Of a stretch of DNA of 64,000 nucleotides, positions 54,284-63,096 are shown one piece after another. The notes beneath the pieces are model-generated. The model saw nothing but the letters and a program-made list of their open reading frames with translations. It was not told the origin of the DNA and made no database searches. Every line of letters begins with the position of its first letter. The first letter of the stretch is position 1. This DNA is from Solirubrobacteraceae bacterium (lineage in GTDB: Bacteria; Actinomycetota; Thermoleophilia; Solirubrobacterales; Solirubrobacteraceae), in NCBI GenBank assembly GCA_036272475.1, contig DATAYP010000064.1, positions 4,443 to 68,442 of the forward strand, written 5' to 3'. Position numbers and translations under genes: made by a program.

Positions 54284-56686
54284 TCAGCCGCCGAGGAGCT
54301 CGACCCAGCTGTAGGCGCGCCCGCAGAGGGCGGGCCATCGGCTCACCGCGACGGCCCGCAGCGCGCGCTGCGGGTCATAGGAAGCGGGCGTCAGGAAGAT
54401 CGCCGCGAGCACCGCCGAGCCCTCCTCGCCCGGCGCGAGCGACGCGCCGCCGCGCGTCACAGTGAGGCGGTGCGAACCGGACGAGAGCACGACCGCCAGA
54501 GGCGGGGCCGTGTCCGGCACGAGCGAGTTGCCGCTCAGCTGCCCGCCCACCGAGGCGAGCAGCCGTCCGTCGAGGCGGACCTTGACCGAGGGCATGATCT
54601 GTCCCTGAACCCATAGGTTCCAGCGACCCCCGAACGGGAGCTCGAACGTCGCCGCAAGCCGGCCCGGACGCTTCATCGCGAAGCCCTGGCGCTGGCGGCC
54701 CCAGCCGGCTGGATGTGATGCGGAGAGCAGCGGCACCCGCACGAGCTGCGTTGCTTCGGCGCCGATCAGGCGCGCGGAGCGACCGGCGACGCCACGCGCG
54801 AGTCGACCTATGCGTGTGCACTGCGCGCGGGGGGTGCCGCTCAGCGCCAGATGGACGGCGGCGGGCGGCGCCGCATGCGTACGCCCCCAGACCTCGTAGT
54901 AGGAGCCGCTCCAGAGCAGCCGGTAGGCGGACGGCGGGCGCGCGCGCGAGGGGTCGCGCCGCGTGACGATCAGCGGGTAGGCGGCGAGCGAGCCCGGCCG
55001 CACCCGGCCGAGGTCCACCGGGGCGCCGTAGCCGCCGGCGGCCGCCGCGAGCGCGGGCGGCGGGTAGGCGAAGTCCGGCCCGCCGACGTCCAGGCTGCGA
55101 AGCTCATACAGCGCGTATTCGTCGAAGTCGGTGAAGACCGTCGGTCCCCTCCCGGCGAAGCGATCGTTCAACGAGGCGAGCTCCCTGTAGCGAGCCGTCG
55201 GGGCGAGGTTCGAAGCCCGGTACTGGATCGCGTCGGAGGCGAGCGCGCCGCCGAGCAGCAGCGCCGCCGCCGCCCCCGCGGCGAGCATCGCCGTCCGCCG
55301 CCGCGGCAGGCGCGTGAGCGCCGCGATGCCGGCCCAGCAGAGCAGCACGACCAGCGGCGAGGTGAGCATCAGCGTCTTCGCGCCGGCCCACGTCGTGACG
55401 TAGCGGTCGACGAGCACCCAGCTCAGCAGCATCAGCGCGAGCCAGGCGGCGAGCGCACAGGAGCGCCGGGCGAGGAGGTGCGCCGCCCCGAGCACCGCCA
55501 GCAGGATCGCGATCCCGATCAGGACGTCCGTCAGCGCCAGCTCGGTGCCGGCCGGAGCCAGCTTGTAGCTGCCGTGCAGCCAGATGCCCAGCACCTGGGC
55601 GCGATGCAGCGGACTGCGCAGGTTCCCCGGGTTGCCCGTCGAGGCGATCGTGCTGGCGACGCGCAGGGAACTCGAGAGCTCGAGCCAGGTCGGCAACGCG
55701 GCGAGCACGCCGATCGCAGCCCCCGCGCCGGCCAGCGCGAGCAGCCGGCGCGCGGGCGCAGCGCCCGCTCGTACCGCACCCACGGCGATCGCGAGCAGCA
55801 CGAGCGACGGGGCGAGCACCCACGGGCCGAAGCCGATCCCGAGCGCCGAGACGCCCGCCGCCGAGACGAGCGCGAATGGGAGCGCGCCGCGCGGGCTCCC
55901 CAGCAGCCAGCGACGATGGAGCGCGGTCAGCGATCCGAGCGCGAGGATCATCGGCAGCGCGACGAGCTCCTTGACCGACCCGATCAGCTCGTAGCCGTAC
56001 ACGAGGGCGGGGAGCGTGACGCTGAGCGCCGCGGCGGCGGCGAGCGCGCGCGGCAGGCCGACGAGGCGCGCGAGAAGCCAAGCCGGGCCGACGCAGCTCG
56101 CGAGCACGAACGCGCAGAAGGGCTGGAACGCCCAGATCAGCGGCAGGCCCAGCAGAAACGCGCTGCCGCCGAAGAGCGTGTCCGCGCCGGACGGATAGCC
56201 GCTGTTGTAGTAGTCGTTGATGAACTGCCCGTAGGAGTTGCGCAGGTCGAGGTGTGCGTAGGCCTGGCCGTGGTGCAGCAGGTAGTCGGCGCCCATCATG
56301 TGCACCGCCGAGTCGGCGAGCGCCATGAACGACGAGAACGTCGGACGGCCCGCGGCGAGCACTGGTGCGAGCGCCACCGCGTAGGCCGCGATCGAGGCTC
56401 CCAGCGGCCACGCGGCGGCGCTCCGCCGCCGCAGGAGCGCCGCCGCCCGGCCGCGGCCCAGCCACCAGCCGGCCGCCGCGACGGCGAGCATCGTGTACGG
56501 CGTCGCGGGTGCGGCCGCTGAGATGCGGGTGGTCACCTGCGAGACGGCGATCAGGGCCGCGGCGCCGATCGGGAGCAGCAGTGGCGCGGGCACCGAGAAA
56601 CCGCTGAGGCGGTCGACCAGCAGCCCGGCACCGGAGCAGAGAACCGCTAGCACGCAGGGGTAGACCAGCGCGGTGGCGACGAACAT
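54284..56686 (-). CDS. 800-aa polytopic membrane protein with a large C-terminal extracytoplasmic domain (GT-C glycosyltransferase-like, inferred)
   Basis: More than 12 hydrophobic helices in the first 470 aa, then a soluble about 330-aa domain. It ends 11 nt from the stop of the convergent GH79-like gene. Confidence 0.7.
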   Translation of the reverse strand: MFVATALVYPCVLAVLCSGAGLLVDRLSGFSVPAPLLLPIGAAALIAVSQVTTRISAAAPATPYTMLAVAAAGWWLGRGRAAALLRRRSAAAWPLGASIAAYAVALAPVLAAGRPTFSSFMALADSAVHMMGADYLLHHGQAYAHLDLRNSYGQFINDYYNSGYPSGADTLFGGSAFLLGLPLIWAFQPFCAFVLASCVGPAWLLARLVGLPRALAAAAALSVTLPALVYGYELIGSVKELVALPMILALGSLTALHRRWLLGSPRGALPFALVSAAGVSALGIGFGPWVLAPSLVLLAIAVGAVRAGAAPARRLLALAGAGAAIGVLAALPTWLELSSSLRVASTIASTGNPGNLRSPLHRAQVLGIWLHGSYKLAPAGTELALTDVLIGIAILLAVLGAAHLLARRSCALAAWLALMLLSWVLVDRYVTTWAGAKTLMLTSPLVVLLCWAGIAALTRLPRRRTAMLAAGAAAALLLGGALASDAIQYRASNLAPTARYRELASLNDRFAGRGPTVFTDFDEYALYELRSLDVGGPDFAYPPPALAAAAGGYGAPVDLGRVRPGSLAAYPLIVTRRDPSRARPPSAYRLLWSGSYYEVWGRTHAAPPAAVHLALSGTPRAQCTRIGRLARGVAGRSARLIGAEATQLVRVPLLSASHPAGWGRQRQGFAMKRPGRLAATFELPFGGRWNLWVQGQIMPSVKVRLDGRLLASVGGQLSGNSLVPDTAPPLAVVLSSGSHRLTVTRGGASLAPGEEGSAVLAAIFLTPASYDPQRALRAVAVSRWPALCGRAYSWVELLGG

Positions 56687-56689
56687 CAG

Positions 56690-56720
56690 CGCCCCGGGCT
56701 GGACTCGAACCAGCGACCCC
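56690..56720 (-). pseudogene. tRNA 3'-end-like fragment (T arm plus acceptor 3' strand) resembling tRNA-Arg at 61525-61598
   Basis: GGGGTCGCTGGTTCGAGTCCAGCCCGGGGCG versus GGGGTTGCTGGTTCGAGTCCAGCCGGGGGCA in tRNA-Arg: 28/31 identical. The upstream sequence does not fold into D or anticodon arms. Confidence 0.5.
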
Positions 56721-56828
56721 TCCCGGAACGCCGCTCAGCGCGGCCGGCTACGAGCGCTGAGCCCGATGGGGTCCTCCTGGGCGGGGCCGGCGCGGATCAT
56801 ATCCGCCGATCCCCATCGACCCGGACGG

Positions 56829-57527
56829 TTACGGTTGCGACCGCGGGCTTCCCGCTCCCGCCTCGCAGGCGGGCCACGCCCGCAGGCCAGCGCGCCCCGG
56901 CTCGGCCGGCTCGGCGGCGCGCGTCAGCTCCCGCAGCGCCGCCGCCTCGCCGAGATAGGGCAGGACGACCATGCCCATCAGCGGATTCAACAGGTCGATC
57001 AGCGGCTGCTGTTCGCTTCCGTGCAGCCGTGCGTGGATCATGCCGAGCGTCCCGCCGATCACGCTGAGCGCGGCGCCCGCAGGCGGCTGCCTGTCCGCCG
57101 GCGCCAGCACGCGGCCCTCGTCGAGGATCGGGACGACCTGCTCGAGCAGCTCGCCGCGCCGGCCGCGCCGGCGCCGAGAGCCCGTCACCGCCTCGGCGAC
57201 GCACACGCGCGCGAGCTGAGGGTTGGCGTCGAGGAACTCGAGCAGCTCGAGCAGTCCCGCGCGGGTGCGCTCCTGCCACGTCTGCCCGCGGCGGCCCGCC
57301 GTCTGCACACGCTCTGCGAGGACCGAGACGAAAGCGTCGAGAACCGCCGACAGGCAGTCGCTGCGGTCGTCGAAATGGTCGTAGAAAGCCTCCTTCGGGA
57401 CGTCCGCGAGCTCGACCACGCGTCCGACCGTGACCGACTCCTGGCCCTGCTCGGCTGCGATCTCGGCCATCGCCACGACGATCCGCCGCCGTTGATCGTC
57501 TCCCGCGCTCCGTTGCATCACGTCCAT
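56829..57527 (-). CDS. TetR family transcriptional regulator
   Basis: RRRIVVAMAEIAAEQGQESVTVGRVVELADVPKEAFYDHFDDRSDC. Confidence 0.8.
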   Translation of the reverse strand: MDVMQRSAGDDQRRRIVVAMAEIAAEQGQESVTVGRVVELADVPKEAFYDHFDDRSDCLSAVLDAFVSVLAERVQTAGRRGQTWQERTRAGLLELLEFLDANPQLARVCVAEAVTGSRRRRGRRGELLEQVVPILDEGRVLAPADRQPPAGAALSVIGGTLGMIHARLHGSEQQPLIDLLNPLMGMVVLPYLGEAAALRELTRAAEPAEPGRAGLRAWPACEAGAGSPRSQP

Positions 57528-57793
57528 CCGGTGCCGGCTGATCGCTGTCTGGTCATCGCCTTCGGCGCCCTGGCGAGCCGTGCGACGCCGGCCGGCCACC
57601 CTCGGATCCGCTCGTGGACGCGACCCTACCCGCGGCGTCGAACTCGTGTCAAGGGTCCTGTCCAAATATCCATACAGATTGTTCAATGGTTCGCCGGCAC
57701 GTCCAATCGGCCGCGCGACGGTCGCCGAAGCGTGTCTGGGCGCGGGTCCGTCAAATCCACGTAGGCCGACTCCCCCATCCGCGGTGGGCGGCT

Positions 57794-59185
57794 ATGTTCC
57801 CGACCGAGATGGCGCTCGCACCGCGCGACGACGACGAGCAGGTCTCCTTCTCGCCTCTCCCCCCGGGGAGGCACGGTCTCGACCGGCGCGCGGTGGGCGA
57901 GCACCAGCGCGAGCGGATCGTCCAGGCGATGACGCAGATGGTCCTCGAAGACGGCTTCCAGGGCCTCACGATCGCGAGGCTGTGCAAACGGGCGCGTGTG
58001 ACGGAGAGAGCGTTCTATCGGCAGTTCGCGAGCCTCGAATGGTGCTTCCTGGCGGCGTATGAGTCGATCGTCGAGAGCTACCTCGCCTCGATCCTCGAAG
58101 CCTACGACGCGACCACCGCATGGGACGAGGCGCTCGAGCGCGCGCTGAGAGCGGTGCTCGAGACGGCAGCCGAGCAGCCGCGGCAGGCTCGCCTTCTGTT
58201 GGTCGAGGCGCCGACAGCCGGCCAGCGTGGTGTCGAGCGTGCCCGCGGCCTCACCGACACGCTGCAGGCGCAGGTGGCCCGCCACGCCCAACGCGCTCCC
58301 GGCGCGGCTCGCGTTCCGGAGCTGATCGTGCGCGGCATCGTCGGGGGCATCCGCGACGTGATCGGAAACCGCCTCGCGACGAACTCGGCGAGCGAGCTCC
58401 CGCAGCTCGTCGAGCCGCTGCTCGCGTGGATCCTCAGCTACGTCTCTGACTCGCCGCTCGAGCTCGGACGCGCGCCGGCGCCACGCCGGCGCCGGGCGGC
58501 GGCGCTCGCTCCCCAGAACGGTCCTCCGCCGCTCGCCGGCCACGGCCACCCGCGCGAGTTCGTGCGCGAGAACCAGCGCCAGAGGCTGATGGACGCGACA
58601 GCGGCGGTCAGCCGGGAGCGCGGCTACGCCGGCCTGACGGTGTCGGCGATAGCGCGCCGCGCGCGGGTGTCGCACAAGACCTTCTACGAGCACTTCACAG
58701 ACCGCAACGATGCGTTCCTCTCGACCTACCGCTACGACCGGCGAGCCGCCTTCGCGATCGCCGAGCGGGGCTACGCCGGCGACAGCGGAGACTGGCCGCG
58801 CGAGCTGCATCGCGTGCTGCACGCGCTGCTCGACTGGCTGGCCGAGCGTCCCGACCACGCTCATCTCGGCTTCGTCGCCTTCCCCGCGACCGGTGCCAAC
58901 GCGCACTTCGCACGCCGGCACTCGCTGCAGATGTTCTCGAGGCTCCTCGCTCCCGGCTACGGAGACGTGGCGGACGTCCCGGCGATCGCGGGAGAGGCGA
59001 TCGCGGGCGCCGTCTTCGAGATGGTCGCCGAGGAGATCGTCCGCGGGCGCGCCGAGCGGCTCCCCGAGCTGTCGCCGCTCGTCAGCTACATCGTGCTGGC
59101 GCCCTTCGTCGGCGCCGTGGAGGCGGCCGACGTCGCCCGCGAGCGACCGGGCCAACCGGCGCCCGCCGCCGGCAGCGGCGTCTAG
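57794..59185 (+). CDS. tandem (fused double) TetR-family regulator
   Basis: Two complete TetR HTH modules: RERIVQAMTQMVLEDGFQGLTIARLCKRARVTERAFYRQF and RQRLMDATAAVSRERGYAGLTVSAIARRARVSHKTFYEHF. Confidence 0.8.
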   Translation: MFPTEMALAPRDDDEQVSFSPLPPGRHGLDRRAVGEHQRERIVQAMTQMVLEDGFQGLTIARLCKRARVTERAFYRQFASLEWCFLAAYESIVESYLASILEAYDATTAWDEALERALRAVLETAAEQPRQARLLLVEAPTAGQRGVERARGLTDTLQAQVARHAQRAPGAARVPELIVRGIVGGIRDVIGNRLATNSASELPQLVEPLLAWILSYVSDSPLELGRAPAPRRRRAAALAPQNGPPPLAGHGHPREFVRENQRQRLMDATAAVSRERGYAGLTVSAIARRARVSHKTFYEHFTDRNDAFLSTYRYDRRAAFAIAERGYAGDSGDWPRELHRVLHALLDWLAERPDHAHLGFVAFPATGANAHFARRHSLQMFSRLLAPGYGDVADVPAIAGEAIAGAVFEMVAEEIVRGRAERLPELSPLVSYIVLAPFVGAVEAADVARERPGQPAPAAGSGV

Positions 59186-59256
59186 CATCGACAGCTGATC
59201 AAGCGTGCAGGCCGGAGTGCCCGCGGACCGATTCGATCTCCGGGAGGCCCGATCCG

Positions 59257-60387
59257 ATGCGCCCGAAGCGGCTCAGACGTGCCAGAGCGACACCCGAGCT
59301 GGACGGCGGCCCGGGGTTTCCGCGGGCCCGCCGGCGCTCGGCGCGCGGCGCAGCTCGCTGCGCCGGGGCGATCGCCCTGCTGGCGCTCCTCACCGGCGTC
59401 GCCGGACCGCTCGCCGCCTTTGGCCGCGTGCAGCCGGTCCGCCGGGCACCTGTCGCAACGGCCGTTGCGAGCGCCGTGCCGCGGCTCTCGATCGGGATCT
59501 CGGACGACGCCGCGGCGCTCTTCCGCGACCCGCGCTTCCGCTGGCTGGGAGTGCGCATCGCGCGCATCGTGCTGCCCTGGGACGTGCTCCGGCGACCGCG
59601 CGAACTCGCGTGGGACAGCGCATGGCTCCAGGCGGCACACGAAGCCGGAGTGCGACCGCTCGTGGCGTTCAACGGCGACCCGAGCCACCCGGGCAGACTT
59701 CCCGGCGTGTCCGCTTACGCGGCGGCCACCGAGGGGTTCATGCAGCGCTTCCCGTGGGTTCTCGACTACACGCCCTGGAACGAGGAGAACCACCCGCAGC
59801 AGCCCACCGGGCGCGATCCGAGGCGAGCGGCGGAGTACTTCAACGAGCTCTCGCGGCACTGCCCGACGTGCTCGATCACGGCGGCCGACGTGCTCGACAT
59901 CCCGAACATGGCCTCATGGGTGCGCAGCTTCCTGCGGTTCGCGCATCGCCCACGCCTGTGGGGACTTCACAGCTACGTGGATGTCGGGCTCGGCAGCCAC
60001 CAGCGCACCTCGCAACTGCTGCGGATGGTGCGCGGGGAGATCTGGTTCACAGAGGCCGGCGGCGTTGTTTGGCGCTGGGAACGCCCCTACGGGAGCCGGC
60101 GCGCGACGTTCATCGTTCATCCCGAGGCCCACGCGGCGATGCTGGCGCGCCGGCTGCTCGCGCTCGCCTCGATCAGCCGGCGCGTGACGCGCGTCTACTA
60201 CTACCAGTGGCGGGTTCCCCACACGCTCGCCTGGGCACGCACGCACGGCGACATCTCGTGGGACAGCGGCCTGCTGCGACCCGACTGCTCGACGCGCCCG
60301 GCGTTCTTCGTGATCGCGCGCGCCGTCGGGCGGGGCACGCTGCACGTGCCACGTGCCAGGCGCGACCGCGCGGGCAACTGCGTCTAG
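59257..60387 (+). CDS. secreted hypothetical protein, TIM-barrel glycosidase-like (weak)
   Basis: Arg-rich N-terminus plus hydrophobic signal AGAIALLALLTGVAGPLAAFG. YTPWNEENH resembles the acid/base NE(P)N motif of clan GH-A. Confidence 0.65.
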   Translation: MRPKRLRRARATPELDGGPGFPRARRRSARGAARCAGAIALLALLTGVAGPLAAFGRVQPVRRAPVATAVASAVPRLSIGISDDAAALFRDPRFRWLGVRIARIVLPWDVLRRPRELAWDSAWLQAAHEAGVRPLVAFNGDPSHPGRLPGVSAYAAATEGFMQRFPWVLDYTPWNEENHPQQPTGRDPRRAAEYFNELSRHCPTCSITAADVLDIPNMASWVRSFLRFAHRPRLWGLHSYVDVGLGSHQRTSQLLRMVRGEIWFTEAGGVVWRWERPYGSRRATFIVHPEAHAAMLARRLLALASISRRVTRVYYYQWRVPHTLAWARTHGDISWDSGLLRPDCSTRPAFFVIARAVGRGTLHVPRARRDRAGNCV

Positions 60388-60449
60388 ATGGCACGTCCCG
60401 GCCTCCCCCGCAGCCGCTCCCGTCGCGCGCAGGGTGGAATACTCGGGCG

Positions 60450-61502
60450 ATGCCCTTCAACGCCGAGCTCGCGCCGACGCGCTACCTCGCTGCTGACGAG
60501 CGCTACGAGTCGATGCCCTACAGGCGCTGTGGGCGCAGCGGCCTGCTGCTGCCGGCGATCTCGCTGGGGTTGTGGCAGAACTTCGGCGATGACCGGCCGC
60601 TGCAGAACAGCCGGGCGATCGTCCGCCGCGCGTTCGACCTCGGGATCACGCATTTCGACCTCGCCAACAACTACGGGCCCCCCTACGGGAGCGCAGAGAT
60701 CAACTTCGGCCGGCTCCTGCGAGAGGACCTGCGCCCGTATCGCGACGAGCTCGTCATCTCGACGAAGGCCGGCTATGACATGTGGCCCGGTCCCTACGGC
60801 GAGTGGGGCTCGCGCAAGTACCTGCTCGGCAGCCTCGATCAGAGCCTCGCGCGCATGGGCCTCGAGTACGTCGACATCTTCTACTCGCACCGCTTCGACC
60901 CGCAGACGCCGCTGACGGAGACGATGGGTGCGCTGGACGCGGCCGTGCGCAGCGGGAAGGCCCGCTACGTCGGGATCTCCTCCTACGGCCCGGAGCGCAC
61001 ACGCGAGGCGGCGCGGATCCTGGGCGAGCTCGGCACGCCGCTGTTGATCCACCAGCCGTCCTACTCGATGCTCAACCGCTGGATCGAGGACGAGCTGCTC
61101 GAGGTGCTCGACGAGGAGGGAATCGGAGCGATCGTCTTCTCGCCGCTGGCGCAGGGCCTGCTGACGGACAGGTATCTCGCCGGCGTCCCCGAGGACTCGC
61201 GCGTGAGCAGCGGCAACTACTTCTCCGGCGAGCTGCTCAGCGACGAGAACCTCTCCCGCGTGCGGGCCCTCAACGAGATCGCACAGCGCCGGGGGCAGAG
61301 CCTCGCCCAACTCGCGATCGCCTGGGCGTTGCGCGACGAGCGTGTCACCTCGGCGCTGCTCGGGGCGAGCAGCGTCGGGCAGCTCGAGCAGAACGTCGCC
61401 GCGCTGGGACGGCTCGACTTCTCCGAGGAGGAGCTCACCGAGATCGACCGCTACGCACAGGACGGCGGCATCAACCTGTGGGCGGCGTCCAGCGAAGGCT
61501 GA
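60450..61502 (+). CDS. yghZ: aldo/keto reductase, L-glyceraldehyde 3-phosphate reductase (YghZ/Gpr) type
   Basis: Near-colinear match from memory to E. coli YghZ: GITHFDLANNYGPPYGSAE.NFGRLLRED, ISTKAGYDMWPGPYG, YVDIFYSHR, LLIHQPSY, NLWAASSEG. Confidence 0.9.
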   Translation: MPFNAELAPTRYLAADERYESMPYRRCGRSGLLLPAISLGLWQNFGDDRPLQNSRAIVRRAFDLGITHFDLANNYGPPYGSAEINFGRLLREDLRPYRDELVISTKAGYDMWPGPYGEWGSRKYLLGSLDQSLARMGLEYVDIFYSHRFDPQTPLTETMGALDAAVRSGKARYVGISSYGPERTREAARILGELGTPLLIHQPSYSMLNRWIEDELLEVLDEEGIGAIVFSPLAQGLLTDRYLAGVPEDSRVSSGNYFSGELLSDENLSRVRALNEIAQRRGQSLAQLAIAWALRDERVTSALLGASSVGQLEQNVAALGRLDFSEEELTEIDRYAQDGGINLWAASSEG

Positions 61503-61524
61503 GCAGCGAGGCGAGGAGCTTCGA

Positions 61525-61598
61525 TGCCCCCGGCTGGACTCGAACCAGCAACCCCCGGCTTAGAAGGCCGGCGCTCTATCCAGTAGAGCTACAGGGGC
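61525..61598 (-). tRNA. tRNA-Arg (anticodon TCT); CCA not encoded
   Basis: Hand fold: GCCCCTG / GCTCTACTGGATAGAGC / CCGGC-CTTCTAA-GCCGG / GCTGG-TTCGAGT-CCAGC / CGGGGGC + A. Confidence 0.9.
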
Positions 61599-61692
61599 CG
61601 AACCGACCGACCGGGACCTAGGCTACGCGCCCGGGCGGCACACGTCCTCGGACTTAGGCATCGTTGAGGATAAACCTGTAAAAGTTGCTTTC

Positions 61693-62523
61693 ATGAGCCC
61701 GGTGCAGAGCAACGAGGAGGACCTGACCCGCAAGCAGCGGCGCGAGCAGGCGCGTGCGCAGCGCAAAGAGCTCGAGCAGGCAGAGGCGGCGCGCGCCGTC
61801 CGGCGGACGCGGCTCGCGCAGCTCGGAATCGTCGTCGGCATCGTGATCGTGGCGATCGTCGTCGTGCTGATCGCGACCGGCTCCGGGGGCAAATCGAAAC
61901 CGGCCCCCGCAGGCTCGAAAGTGGCGAGCGAAACGACCGCGCAGGTGAACGCCCTGATCGGCGGCATCCCCCAGAGCGGCAGCGTGCTCGGCAACCCGAA
62001 GGCGCCGGTCACGCTCCAGTACTTCGCCGATCTCGAGTGCCCGATCTGCAAGGACTTCACAGAAGGGGCGCTGCCGTCGCTGATCGAACACCAGGTCCGC
62101 GAAGGCAAGCTGAAGATCGAATATCGCTCGCTCGAGACCGCGACGCGCGAACAGGAAGTCTTCCGCACCCAGCAGGTGGCGGCGCTCGCGGCAGGCAACC
62201 AGAGCAAGCTCTGGCAGTTCGTCGAGACCTTCTACCGCGAGCAGGGCGAAGAGGGCAGCGGCTACGTCACCGAACAGTACCTCCAGAACATCGCGCAGCA
62301 GGTCACCGGCCTGAACCTGACTCAGTGGACGGCCGCCCGCAGCGATCCGGCACTCGCCAGCCAGGTCACCAACGACGCCCAGGTCGCCAGCGCGCAGGGC
62401 TTCACGGGGACTCCCTCGTTCCTGATCGGCAAGACCGGCGGCACGCCGCAGAAGCTCGAATACGCCTCGCTGAAGGACCCGGCCTCCTTCAACGCCGCGA
62501 TCGAAAAACAGCTGAAGGCCTAG
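61693..62523 (+). CDS. membrane-anchored DsbA-family thiol:disulfide oxidoreductase
   Basis: One TM helix (IVVGIVIVAIVVVLIA), a CPIC active site (FADLECPICKDF) and GTPSFLIG. Confidence 0.9.
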   Translation: MSPVQSNEEDLTRKQRREQARAQRKELEQAEAARAVRRTRLAQLGIVVGIVIVAIVVVLIATGSGGKSKPAPAGSKVASETTAQVNALIGGIPQSGSVLGNPKAPVTLQYFADLECPICKDFTEGALPSLIEHQVREGKLKIEYRSLETATREQEVFRTQQVAALAAGNQSKLWQFVETFYREQGEEGSGYVTEQYLQNIAQQVTGLNLTQWTAARSDPALASQVTNDAQVASAQGFTGTPSFLIGKTGGTPQKLEYASLKDPASFNAAIEKQLKA

Positions 62524-62526
62524 GCC

Positions 62527-63018
62527 GTGGTCAGCCGTCGAGCGCTGAGGATCACGATGCTCGTGCTCGCGGTCATCGGGCTCGGCCTGGCGAGCTACCT
62601 GACCTACGTCCACTACTCGGGCATCAAACCCGCGTGCTCGCTCGGAGGCAGCTGCGAGAAGGTGCAGACGTCCGCGTACTCGCACCTCGCAGGCGTGCCC
62701 GTCGCGCTGATGGGGCTGATCGGCTACATCGCGATCGTGATCCTGCTGTTCGCACCCGAGAACGAGACGACGCGCTTCGCGACCGTCGCCGTGGTGACGA
62801 TTGGATTCGGCTTCAGCGCCTACCTCACCTACCGGGAGCTCTTCTCGATCCACGCGATCTGCGAGTGGTGCGTCTCGAGCGCGATCATCCTGACGCTGCT
62901 GATGATCCTCGCGGTCTGGCGCTTCCTGCTCGGGGACGAGCCACCGGGCGCCAGGGCCGGCGTGGCTGAGCAGGACGGTCGCTCGGACGCCGCATCGCTG
63001 CGCGCGATGTCCTCCTGA
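62527..63018 (+). CDS. vitamin K epoxide reductase (VKOR) family protein
   Basis: Four TM helices, loop cysteines (PACSLGGSCEKV) and a CEWC motif in the last helix. The GTG start lies 3 nt after the dsbA-like stop. Confidence 0.85.
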   Translation: MVSRRALRITMLVLAVIGLGLASYLTYVHYSGIKPACSLGGSCEKVQTSAYSHLAGVPVALMGLIGYIAIVILLFAPENETTRFATVAVVTIGFGFSAYLTYRELFSIHAICEWCVSSAIILTLLMILAVWRFLLGDEPPGARAGVAEQDGRSDAASLRAMSS

Positions 63019-63096
63019 TCTGAGCGTCGTCAATCCGTCCACTGGTGCCGGACGTGGCGGGGAAGTGGCCTGCCCGGGCCGACGTGGTGGTCAGGC

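Noticed and set aside
56690-56790. A complete, unusually long tRNA (for example tRNA-Sec) immediately upstream of the 800-aa gene.
   Set aside because: Only the T arm and acceptor 3' strand fold. The region where the anticodon arm should be forms a 9-bp GCTCAGCGC/GCGCTGAGC hairpin with a 12-nt loop and no U33-NNN-R37 loop.
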